A stretch of 64,000 bases of DNA, from the NCBI GenBank assembly GCA_003427395.1, contig BFEA01000001.1, positions 4,425,331-4,489,330 of the forward strand, in the 5' to 3' direction. This document shows, in pieces, positions 50,221 to 61,984 of this stretch (the first letter of the stretch is position 1; every line of letters begins with the position of its first letter). The position numbers and the translations under genes were made by a program. This stretch comes from Chara braunii. Its lineage: Eukaryota; Plantae; Charophyceae. The notes below the pieces were generated by a model. That model made no database searches and was not told the DNA's origin. It saw nothing but the letters and a program-made list of their open reading frames with translations.

Positions 50221-52180
50221 GTGAACAAGAACAAAAACTTACGAAGTCGCGCATCGTTCGGGAAGGAGCGACACAAAACACTGAAGAACAGGGTGCAGGT
50301 AAGAGAAGCCGAGCGAGGATGCCAGAGTCACAGAAAAGTAACACGTGTGGTGGAGGCGCGAAGTGGTCATATGTTGGGAACAGAACTGGTCACTGGTCCA
50401 AGGATGGAAAATAAAGACGAAGAGCACCGCACAGAGGTCGCAAGCGAACCGTTGTTGCTATTGACCAGTGAGAGGTCAGCGAAGAGATGGCAGAAAATGT
50501 TGAGGGACCCTTGGTACGCGGAATTGTACGATATAATGACAGAGGGTGAAGCAAAGTCTCCCCAGTTGATCATCGAAGAGTCATCCGACATTAAGGGAAA
50601 AGCAAAAGTCGGGGACATGACGAGAATGGGAGAAGAGCATACTGACATTAATGATGAGGACAAATTTTTCTCCATAGAACCGTGTCAGCGGCGTCGAGAA
50701 CCGTCCACCCAAGGCGACCGAGGCGAGGTCGCGGGAAGACGAAATGTCAAAGGTGCACCGCATGACAAAGAAAAGAATCACGTACAAAAACGACAAAATG
50801 GTGGAGACGATCGATCTGAGAGGCTCGGACGATATGCACAGTGCGGCCCGAGAGGAAGCAGAAGAGGAACACGATCAGTCCATATCAAAAAAGTCCGACG
50901 GGGAGGAGGACGAGGTAACAAGCGAAGAGGGAGGTGACAGTAATACTTCCGACGGACATTCTCGCGACACTCACGAGGCTGATGACGAGGACGGGAGGAG
51001 CAGCGATGGCACAACGCAGGACGAGGGCGGTGACGGGGCAGACGAAGACGAGAGGGAACCTGAACGTGGCGGTGAGGGGGGCGCGGCCGACCCGCCCCCG
51101 ATCGACAAACAAGTAGTGAGGCACGACAACACAGTTCAAAAAGGTAAACAAAATGTGTTGTAGTTGCTCCCCTTGCACAACGATTACGTGGTAACGGTGC
51201 AAAGTGATGACATTTCCTTAGTGCGAGGATGTCGCTGTGATTAACGAACAGTTCAAACGGGCTGTCGAATTTCGCAGGTGCGAAATGCTGAGTTCTTAAT
51301 ATTATTCTGTGCGTTGTAATGTGTGTTTTCCAGCAGATGGCACGAACCCGCAAAGAAAAGTGTGCGCAAGCAGGGGAGGACAGCAACAAGCCAATCAAGA
51401 AAGCGGCGTATTCTCGAAGAAAATGAAGGACAAGATGTTCCAGTCGATCGCAAAAGCCTTTGCGTTCTCAGCAGCAAAGGACGCAACTCTGTACCCGACA
51501 GAGGATGAATTTTTCACGGTGCTGCAAACAACGGCCAAACTGATAGGGGAGAACACGGAGGAAGGACTGCGATCACACGTAGCGGAGTGCGGGATTCGAG
51601 CAGTCATAGGGGAGTGCAACANAATGATGACAANTGTGCGTGGAGAGATAACATGGCAACTGAAANATTGGTTCTGGGCTGAAAAAGGGATCCCNCTTGT
51701 ACGATCNTAGCAAACAGATTTTCANCTCCCTANTCGCAACAAGATGCGAGCAGAGATGAAGGAGAACAAAACGTGGAGGCGGAGCGGCGACGATCCTTGG
51801 GGTGCTCCAGCGTTCAAGACGACACTCACCAAGGTTTTCCAGATGAGGAGGGANGGCGTGAACCTTGGCGTGACCCTGCAGCAACCGNCTTTTGCGGAGA
51901 TGGTTCTNCAATGTGAAATGGAGCAGACAGCAAAGACCAGCAGANAGGCAGAGCATATAGAAAAATTGGTCTCTATAAAGCAGGACATCGCATTATCTCT
52001 CCACNACCTCGATACAATCATGAGTTTTTCGATCTTCAAGCTGGACCGTGCCTTATCTGTTGCTGAGAAGGCTCCTGCGCTATTTTGAGATGACGTGCCC
52101 TCTGTCCACAGGAGTGGGCCACATAACACAACAATAACAGAAGGACGATTTCAACCTGGAGTTCATTGCACCTCTGCGTA
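50221..52180 (+). pseudogene. Degenerate spliced coding region: acidic tract and an unknown C-terminal domain
   Basis: Long overlapping frames (50221-50937, 50744-51143, 51334-52088). Donor AAAG|GTAAAC at ~51144 and acceptor TTTTCCAG at ~51333. Many ambiguous bases. Confidence 0.55.
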
Positions 52181-52443
52181 AGAGAGGCAGAGACGGGGAG
52201 AGGGATACAGAAAGTTTGTGCGACAGACCTTAAACAGCGGGGGGCGGGGTGTCGAGGGGGGGGGGGGGGGAGAGGTGGTGAACAAAATAGTGTGCATCAG
52301 AGGTTGATTATGGAATCTTTGAATCAGAAGGTCTATTACCCGAGGTCACAGTCATTGCATGCTAGAGAGAGAGAGAGAGAGAGAGAGACGAAGAGATAGA
52401 GGGATATATATATATATATATCGTCACAAATAGAACTGCTATG

Positions 52444-52496
<53 letters not shown>

Positions 52497-52759
52497 GGGG
52501 AGATGAAGACACTGAACCATGTGCTTCGAACAGTCACTTAACAACACATGGTCTGTTATTTATGACACACAATTGTACAATCNGAGAGAGACGGGGAGAT
52601 GAAGACACTGAACCATGTGCTTCGAACAGTCACTTAACAACACATGGTCTGTTATTTATGACACACAATTGTACAATCCCTTCTAATGGTCATCTTTGTG
52701 CAATTGGTCCTAGAGCGACTGTGTTATGAAAAAACAACAACCGTGGTTGTCCTCAATGC

Positions 52760-53160
52760 AAGGTTGGGTGGTGCGTGCCACTATCTCTCTCATGCTCACA
52801 TGTTGCTAAAATTTTGTCACGCAGTGGTGAACCGTGTTTGTTGCAAGGCAGCTTATGATTTAACTGAGCCACATATAGAATGAAACATAACAATCCTACG
52901 GACTCGAAAATGATGGTTGGCTACTGCGTGCCACTCTCTCTCAAACACAGCCATGTTGGTAAATTTTTGGCTCGCAGTAGTGAACCGAGCTTGTAGCCTG
53001 GCAGCTCAGCATGTAATCGAGGCTCCCTCACGTGTCCATCAGCATAATGAAATACCGCCATCCGGCACCAACAGAAAACAACGGTTGGCTACTGCGTGAC
53101 ACTTTCTCTCTTGCACTGCCATGTTGGTGATTTTGTGTCACGCAGTAGTGAACCCTGCTT
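52760..53160. repeat. Three diverged ~155-bp tandem units near the transposon end
   Basis: GGTTGG.T..TGCGTG.CACT.TCTCTC...CATGTTG...CGCAGT.GTGAACC, three times. Confidence 0.75.
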
Positions 53161-55296
53161 GCATCTCTCTCTCTCTCTTGCAATCTCTCTCTATATGCAG
53201 TCATTGATGTCATTGCATGTCAGGTCCGCTAGAAGACCTAACGCTTGACATTTGCGAAAGTGCATAGCGTATCGTCCAGCAGAAGAAAAGGACGGGAACA
53301 AACCGCGAAAACCCACGACATGAGCCAAAAAAAACGATTTTTCCCCCAATACAGAACGCGGTTTGTACAAAAGGTGAACACGTTTTCAACACGTTTCAAC
53401 AAGCTTTCAACACAGTTCAACAAGTTTTCAACACGTTTCAACAAGTTTTCAACACGTTTCAACAAGGTGTCAACAACTCTTCAACAACTTTTTAACAAGA
53501 TTTCTACAATTGTTCAATAGTTGGACCAACATCCTTTCAACAGTTGGACCAACAGATGAACACACCAGTTTCAGTTTTTCTAATATTTGGTCAGCGTTGG
53601 TTTCCTTGACTTTTGGTAGAACACATAACCCCCCCCCCGACAAACAGTTTATAAACACAGTTCCAACGGTTGAAATATGGTGTCCACATGTGTTCATCCT
53701 GCCTCAAAATTTGCCACAATTTTTCTATTGGCGCTGCCGAAATTTTTGCAAATCCAAAGAGTTAGTCAAATTTATGACTTTTCAAAGTTTAACTTGTCTA
53801 AGGTTCGTATATGATTTAGTAAAAATCTGGAAAGTTTCATTTTCTAAAGGGAGTGCTGCCTAGATTTTTGCTAATTCAGGGAGTTGGACAAAATTGGACT
53901 TTGGAAAGTCAAAGACTATTTTTGGTTTCATATTCGGACTGATATAAATTATGAAAAGACACTTTTCCTACGGGAAGCGCTGCCAAAATTTTCCTAATTT
54001 AGAGGAGATAGATTATATTTTGACAGGTGGCGATTCTGACGATCCACCCTGAATAGGGGAGATTCTGCCATTGGTCTACCTTTGCTTTGGGCACTGCATG
54101 AGAATAGACTTAGACTTAGTTAATTAGGATGTTTTGAGTGGAATCGTGATATGGGGATTCTTCTCCATTAACTTATAGATTTAGCCGTGGGTATTGACCA
54201 GTCTTGTGTTACAGGTCCTCTTGATCGTGTTGATTCAGGATTTGGACTAGATTCAGCTTGATCCTACGAGGATCATCTTCTGTTATCACTGATAANATCG
54301 TGTTGATTCAGGATTTGGACTAGATTCAGCTTGATCCTACGAGGATCATCTTCTGTTATCACTGATAACAGGTTGGTTGCCGATTCGTCGGTTTACGATT
54401 CAACTCCAATTCACTCCTGCCACTCAACCTAAAGGCTTTAGCCTTGTGATTGAACTGTTTTGTTGTGTTTTCACCCGGACTTTATTGAATGGCCATCAAA
54501 CAAAAGTACTGAGTATTTATTTAAGAGTTGCACGAGTGAGGCTTGTATGGCTAAAGCGAGGGGTATGAGTGCAAGGAATGGTTGAAGTTGACCCCGTGTA
54601 GTGCGTGGACTTCTCGATGAATCTTTGATGTGATTGCAGGTATGGTTGTGTTTCGGCTTCTTGATGTAACTGCATGCGATTACATACATATATGGTTGAG
54701 AGGAGTCTCACTGTGACTGTGAGAAGTGATCGTCCTATATAAATAAGCCTTATGTATATATTTATATGTGCCTTGGGCATGCGCTCAACTTATTATGATC
54801 GTGCGCAAGGGTTAGCCAGATTATGGCTCGAGAGAAAAAGAGAGATTATTTTTCATCCTTTGCTTTTTAGAGATTTTTATAGTTGGACGTTATAGTTCGT
54901 GGCAGCCGTCAAAGTCAAACCCCTTGATGTTCGACCGCCACAACAGCTTAAAGTTGTCTACTCAACCCCTCCGCACAGGGTGCAGAAGAGGGTGTGGTCT
55001 TCAACCGCGCATGGCGGTTGTCCAACGTCGAGAGATTAACCCTCAAGTCGCGTGTCAGCCGACACTTGAGTGTCGAATGCGACCCTCGCGATTAACGGGG
55101 ACCGCTTGAGTATGGGTACTACATAGTATGTCATCATTGCGACTGCTTGCGTACGCTTGCATTGCGAGTCGATATGAGTTAGCCCTCCGTTCGCGCAGTT
55201 TTATACCGGGTCTCGCGCGCGACGCCTATTCGATTTCCGCGTCGGGAAGTTATGGGACAACTACTGAAGGGACTAGGAGTGTTGTCGCGTTGTTCG

Positions 55297-55343
<47 letters not shown>

Positions 55344-55802
55344 ATTTTTTGTGTTCGTAAAGTGGTATGCGCGTGGTGTGTGAGATGCGTCCTAGTTGAC
55401 CGACGACGAGCAGCGCATGGGACTTCAGCCCCCCAAGATGTCGGTTCGTGTGCGGGCCCGATAGGCGTATTACCGCACGTACCCCCTATGCTACAGTGAA
55501 CGAGAAACGCCCTCCGCTGGTCCACCTCTGCAATTGCAACCGAGTAGCTTTCGTACTGTGGACTGGTAGCTCGGCGGGGATACGCCCACCGAAGGGAGAT
55601 GGCAGCTCCCGTAAGGTTGTGCCTTGCGTAGGCCCTATCCTGTCGTAGGGGCTCGCGAGAGGTATGGCTGGCGCACTCGGCCGGAGCGGCCTAAGGAAGC
55701 TCCATTTGTGTGTTCGCGGCAAGGTTGGTCCAACTCCTGCGTGACGCGGCTGAGAGGGTCCCGCGCTGCCACATGCGGTGCTGGACCGATCCGCCCGACA
55801 GG

Positions 55803-55819
55803 TGACGCCGTTGCCGGGG
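55803..55819 (+). promoter_or_regulatory. Primer binding site, tRNA-Asp type
   Basis: TGACGCCGTTGCCGGGG matches 16/17 to the complement of the plant tRNA-Asp 3' end. Confidence 0.85.
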
Positions 55820-57103
55820 TTAACGGTTGCCTACCGTTGTCCCTGGTGGAACGACATCCGGGTATGGAATTGTGAGAACTAGGCAAAGCGAGAGGTTTTT
55901 GTTGAGCTATTTATGGTTAATCGATTGAAGGTGTTGGATGGACAGCGAGTGAGGATTGATTGTGTGAGTGGGTTCTGGTTCGGTGCAATAAGGGTGGCGC
56001 GATAGGGATAAGCTTTGACTATGTGCCCACGTACGTTGACTATGCCCGTACGTACTTCGACTATGCACTTGTGTACTTTGACTAAGTATGACGGTAGTTG
56101 GATTGTATACCTCTTCTGACCCCGATAGTTGGTGGGGTTGGGGGATGATTTGCATGTTTGATAGAACTAAGGTAGGATGAGGTGGGGTCAGCCAAGTTAA
56201 GTGTGGTGGTTGTGGGAATTGGCCGTGTAAGGTGCCTATTATGGTTAAGGGAAACTACCCGAGTGGTCAAAGGTGCGATACAACACTTGGCTTTATGGCA
56301 AGGTAGAGGATAAGTAAAGGAAGCCTATTATGTTAGAAGTCATCAAGGGACCTCGAGAGGAGTTAGGCTAGGGATGTCAAAAGCTTGTACGAGTATGGAT
56401 TGGGTTCCTTGAGTCTGGGTTTTAAGCAGTCGCTTGGGTTGTATAGCCAGGGAAGTCTGAGGCATGTCCAGTGTGGCATGTTTGGGTTAGGCATATAAGG
56501 CAGTGAAGAGACGCAGTGAGCACCGTGGTAAGGCCCCAATAGAAAGGGCTACGGGAAGTAGTAGACTTGCATGACACCTGTTAGAGGAGGGTATCTGGTC
56601 CTAGAGGTAGTTAGAGTAACAGTGAGGGAGCTAACGCTTGGACTATTCTACTTACCTGTTAATAGGGCAATGAGTTGTAATTGATATTAGACCCTTGCAT
56701 GAACCGTTCCAGGCCTGGACCATCCACTTAGGAAGCTAAAGGCTTGGGGTTTTTTGTCTTGAGGATGTTACTTTAAGCTGTATATTGGACTCATCTATGA
56801 GTGTCAGACCTGGTAAGCCTAGTCTATGCCTAATTATGTGGAGTTATATGTTTAAGTAGGTACTTTTTTTTAAGAATATTTCACGTGGGTTATTTTATTG
56901 GGATTATATTTGGGATCCTATCAGTCTGTAGAAATTTATATGAATGTCCCCAGTCCAGCAGCTGGCCCATGGTTGGCCATTAAGCCTGTGCGGTTGGGTC
57001 GCTCTTCCTAGAGGAGCAGGGATTGTCAGCTTAATAACGGAAGACGCGTGCTGAACGTTTGTCTATGATAGGCAGAACCTAGACAAAGGAAAGGCAATTC
57101 AGG

Positions 57104-57778
57104 ATGCCTTATACACGGGAATACCCGCGTATGCTAAGGCCAATTGAGAAAGAGGGAGGGCTCGAGGTGTCTTTGCCCAGGCGGGTCAGAGCGGGGGAGT
57201 GCCTCTCTTCATGGTGGGGCATGTTGATGGGCACGGACATCTTTGTCTGGATCGAGTCTGGGTTTGATGATGGACGAGAATGTGCGATTGTAAGGGTGAC
57301 CCTGTACGCCTCAGCTGCCTTTTGGATCGAGCATGGGATAGAGTTGGCGCTCGGGCATTGGAACCTGCTTGCTAAGCCTTTGAGGGTAGCCGAGGCAGCC
57401 GCGACAAAGTGGGCGAGGGAAGTGTCCCGTGATGGGGGAGATCGAGTACTAACCCGCGTAAGGGTCGAGCGCACTGAAGAGTTCATGCTTCCATATGCCC
57501 CGCTGCGAGTAATCCTGCCTGAGTTTCTGGTAGAGAAGAGTTTTGGTGGGCAGGCGAGGGTAGAGGTGGCAGTTGAAGCTGCTCTGAGGGCGCAAGATTG
57601 GGAGTATGGACGATACACATGTGAACTGATATATGGTCTATACCTAGACCTGAGATTCCTGCCCTCTAGTCAGTGGCTCAAGAACACGGCCAATACAATG
57701 GACATATACGCCTCGTCTCATGATCCGAATGAGGGAAATGTAGACTGGGAGGAGATTCGGGCAGTAGTGGGCCGATAG
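57104..57778 (+). CDS. Intact 224-aa extra ORF of unknown function upstream of gag
   Basis: ATG-started, stop-free, with protein-like composition, between the PBS and gag. Confidence 0.5.
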   Translation: MPYTREYPRMLRPIEKEGGLEVSLPRRVRAGECLSSWWGMLMGTDIFVWIESGFDDGRECAIVRVTLYASAAFWIEHGIELALGHWNLLAKPLRVAEAAATKWAREVSRDGGDRVLTRVRVERTEEFMLPYAPLRVILPEFLVEKSFGGQARVEVAVEAALRAQDWEYGRYTCELIYGLYLDLRFLPSSQWLKNTANTMDIYASSHDPNEGNVDWEEIRAVVGR

Positions 57779-58020
57779 GGGATGCCGTCCTTTTCTACTA
57801 AATGTGTTTCTTTTGACTTGGTCGGAGTTGTCTCTCTGCCCATTATCGTAGTTATAAAGGTAATCGTCAGGATAACTAGGGGTTGAGGCCTGATCGCGTG
57901 AATAAAGGAGTAGATAGCAGGATTTAAGTGTTAGCAGTCTGCCCTTGTCTGCATGAGCTTACTTAAATCATTGTTTGATGGTTTATTGCCCGCTGTGCGT
58001 ATCAGGCCAATGTCAGCATC

Positions 58021-59520
58021 ATGGTGGGAGAAAGCGGCTTCGCCAAGATCTTGCTTTGGAGGAATTCGTGTTTTTTTAAGGTGTTGCTGCACGAAGTGTT
58101 GCAAGCGTCAATGCCCCCAGACCTCCGCGCCCTGTTGTTCCAAGGAAAGAACCTGTCTAGCTTTCTGCGTGACTTTCAGGATTTTAGCCTTATGAAGATG
58201 TGGGACGATAAGGCAATGTGGTACATGTTCCCCGTGTTCGTTTGTGAAGGACTAAGTGAGGAGGTTCACACCCTCATGTTGAAGTCGCAAACCTGGGATG
58301 AGCTGAAAGCTTCTCTGAGGTTGAGGTTTCCAGAGGATGGGGTGGAATGCAGGCTTGGTAAGGGCCCTGAGCAGCCAGCCGAGGCCGCGTCAACGCAAGG
58401 AGAGTTGAGTGGTATACAGAGGCAAGTTGGGATGCTGGAAGAGAAATTGGCGCGGTTGGAGGAAGTCAGGCGTGGCGAGAGGAAGACCTTTGAAGGAGCA
58501 TCTAACGGACCGGCTGGGCAAGGTGAGGCGAAGGTAAGGGAGGATCATCAGGAGTTACTCCTCCACAAGAAGACCCCGAGAGGGCAAGTTTGCGCCCTAG
58601 AAAGAGATGGAAATAAGGGGGTCATTGAGATCAAGGAGGAGCGAGAATCTAGTATGGCCCTACCCGCTATTGCGCCGGAGCCGAAGGGAGGGCCCATTGG
58701 CAAAGAGGCACCGTCGGCTGCGGGTCGGGAGAGGCAAAGGAGTAAGTGGTGGCCAGAGCATTGGGCAGAAGTGGTATGTGATCGTTGGGGAAAGATTGGT
58801 CGCGCCCCTCAAGGAGGCAAGGAAAAGGAGGTGATGGGTGAAAAAGGGGAGCCTGAACCCCCCAAGTTGACGAAGGCTCAGCGGAAGGCGAGGAATCGGG
58901 CCCAGGAAGGTCAGGGTGCCAAAAAAGGGCAGTGCTCATGACAGGTGGGGGCCACACCGCAAGAGGTGGAAGGTAGAGAGGTCCCTGTCGGTTGAGCAGG
59001 CGCCATATGGGCAGCGGGAACCATGTGGTCAAGTAGAGCCAAAACCTCTGTATAATCCATATGTGCCCTGGATACAAGGCAGTTGGCTGGGTCCGCAAAT
59101 GAATATGATGTCACCCAGGCCTCCTGCAATCTAGTTTCAGCCAGCCTTGTGTATGAGACCATTGCAGCCGCCGATACCACAAGGCGCATAAGGCCAAGTG
59201 GCCGGTGGAAGGGGTCAAAAGCGAAAGGCTGAAAGGGGTTGTAGGGATGAGGGGCACGAGAAAGGGAAATGGGGTGGCGGCAAGGGTGGCTCTGGTGGGA
59301 AGAAAGAGGGTTGGGGAAAGGACGTCTGCAGACATTGTGCCAAGGGCACATAATAAAGTTTTGTCGGGAGCGAAGGGCCGATGAGGCAAGCGGTCTAATA
59401 AGGACTGATATTGAGGGAAATATTTTTGACAGGACGGGGGAGTGCATCGACCCAACCATCCCAGGGGGAACACGGAAGGAGGCTTTGCGGCGAGACGGGG
59501 CGTCGAGCACTGCCTCATGA
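58021..59520 (+). pseudogene. gag of the subfamily B element, frameshifted 3' half
   Basis: FQGKNLSSFLRDFQ..W...TWDELKASLRLRF gag core, a coiled-coil segment, and a downstream GLIRTDIEGNIFDRTG..IPGG segment. Confidence 0.75.
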
Positions 59521-61984
59521 ACATAGTCGTGAAGAGGAAGCGTTTGTGTGAGAAGGGCCTGGAAAGTTAAGCAGACTGTAAATACAAGCGAGAAATCCCA
59601 ATCGTATAACTGTTGTAGATAGGCACAGCGTACAGAGGGGAGGGATTTTCGTAATAATGGTCCAGTAAGGTAGCTCGAGTTGTAGGCAGGAGGAACCCCA
59701 ATAGAATAACTGTATATATGAGGTATGTTAGGTCTGCCTCATATCATGTTATTGAAATATCCCAAGTAGATGGAGCACGGAGTGACCCTGACGGTATCGT
59801 TACGGAATAAAGATCTGTTATACTAGGCCTATTGACTAAGAGAGGAAGATATGGGACCTACGTCGTGTCCAGGCCTGAATGGTTGTATTGGTGTGAGTGG
59901 TAGGAGAGGCTCGGGAAGAAACCTCAACGTGTGGGAGATAGGCTCTCTAGCCTAGGAAGGCAGTTGTAAGGCTTGTGTATGAATGACTTCTAGTCTTACC
60001 TGTCCTAGGATATCTGGATATGTCTTGAATTACTTGGGTCCCTTTGACTCCAGGGGTATGGCTACGTCCAGATCAAAACTGTTTTAGCTTTAGCTTTGGC
60101 CAGGGAGACCGCTTTGTTCTTGTGTGATACCGGGGCCGGTTTGAGTCCAAGATGGTTGGACTCTTTGTGTACATATGTAATTCGGGACCATTTGGTTCAT
60201 GTTTGAGCTGGGGTATTGTACCCCTGTGTATATATTGAGTCGAGATTTTATCTGAGACCAATTTTTGTATATGACGATCACAATCACTCTCACATGTGTG
60301 GTTTATCCTGATGTATGATGGCTTTGTGTGAAAGATGTGTGAGATACATCTCATGTGTATTGGGTTGTGTGAAATTTGTGAGGATGAATGGATGTGAACT
60401 GTCTACTCTTCAGTATACTCGTGCGGCCTGCCTACAAGCAGGACAGGGTCGGGTATAAGGGGAGGGAGTGCAGTTTGTTGTTGTGAAAGCGTGAGAACCC
60501 CAAGTGATTTTTGCGAGTTTTTGAGATTCGAGTACATACCATGCCGGTTGTTTTATGGTTAAATTGTAAAAAGGACCCATAAGCAAGTCCCTTAGTCGAG
60601 TTGTTTTGTAGTTAAATTGTGGAGAGGACCCACAAGTAGGCCTCTTGGGTTGAGTTGTTTTGTGATGGAGACCCCTTCAGATTGAGGGAGGTACTAGTAG
60701 TGTTGTTTATCGGAAGGCTCATCTCCAGAAGGGAGGCGTTTTAAAAAGGGGTCGTGTGATAGCTCATCCTAGAAAGAGAAGGATGGCTGGGAGACCTATT
60801 GAGAGAGACCTCCTTCGTGCGAAAGGTGATTAACAGATCTAAGGGCATGGTAAGCAGTGTTTGAGTTGATAAAGTCTGACGAGAGGAACCAGAATTACAG
60901 ACTGGATTATTGGTGGAACTGAGAAGGTCGCAAGTCAGTGCATTAAGATGTCGTGGGATGTGTGGACTGCTGTCTCTGATCAAGTCAGTAGGCCACGACC
61001 TTGTGTATGAGCCTAGCGGTGAATCTGTTTGTGATTGTGAAAAGGGGCCAGGTTTCCTATGCTGTCCCGTAGGGAACTGGTAAACGCCTTTAAAGTGAGA
61101 CAGACCCCTGCGTAGTCCCGCAGTGGGTCTGTGGTATGTTTTCCGACCCACCGTTCAGACACTTATGCTAATTCCAAGGCATGTTGAGGAATACCAAGCT
61201 AAACGGTAAAGGTTAGCACCTCTAGGGCGCAACCCCTATTGGATGACTGCAAGCCAGCACAACCTGGCTGCGGACCCACGTCTACCAACGGGGTAAGAGT
61301 TTGAGGGGTTATGCACGCCCCAGGGAAATTACTCCGGTGGGATGGCGGGGGATGAGAGTCGAGACTTCGGGTAGTCCTGATTGAATGCTTATCAGGAGAA
61401 AATCTATCGTTGCATAACCAACGAAGGAACTGCCGTTAAGATAACAATGCGGTAGGCCGTAGATCTGGCTCGATCAACGAGACTATGGTGGGTCAGGATG
61501 GAGACCTAGCATTTCTGTATTAGACTGCAGAAAGAGATGAAAGGAGATTAATATATGTATAAATATATGTTTGATTGTGAGGATTTCCGCGAGGGAGGCG
61601 AGATTTGCCTTCTGAGGTCTCATTTAAGGCCCGGGTCCCTGGGTATGACTCTGCTTACGAGATAGAGTCTAGCCGGGACACTCAACGAGAAGCCGGCGTT
61701 TGTCTAGGACAAAAGGGGAGAGGATGGTTTGAGGTGGCCTTTGGAACTTATGCTGTAGTATTGATGCATAATACGCCTGCGTCCTAGTGTCAGGGTAATG
61801 GAGACCTAGGTTAGAACCCTGGCGGCATATAGTTGTGTGAGCACGGTTTGATGGAGGCCTCGAACCTGAGTCTGTCGGCTAATCGGATTGGTTCCTTTCC
61901 CGTCAATACTTGGAGTGCGGATGAATTTATAACTTTCCGATTTGGCGAAGCGACGGGGACGTCGCTTAATATGGTCCGGTAAGT

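Larger units (their letters stand above)
40838..53730. mobile_element. ~12.9-kb CACTA/EnSpm-like DNA transposon; no transposase recognised
   Basis: TIRs CAACAGAAAAATTGTGGGAAATTTT / AAAATTTGCCACAATTTTTCTATTG. Apparent 2-bp TSD GC. Subterminal TTTCAACA-type repeats at 40950-41040 and 53380-53545. The flanking LTR is restored when the element is removed. Confidence 0.82.
35968..55800 (+). mobile_element. 5' giant LTR of subfamily B (~6.9 kb net: 35968-40837 plus 53731-55800), split by a DNA transposon
   Basis: Family start TGTCAGTGCGAATACC. The LTR motif GGGAAGC|GCTGCCG rejoins across the insertion. Ends CCGACA and is followed by a PBS. Highly similar to 61985-64000. Confidence 0.9.

Noticed and set aside
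52485-52680. Exact ~95-bp tandem duplication
   Set aside because: The copies are separated by a single N, typical of an unmerged contig overlap.
54225-54370. Exact ~70-bp tandem duplication in the LTR
   Set aside because: It also straddles a single N and is absent from the other LTR copies, so it is an assembly artefact.
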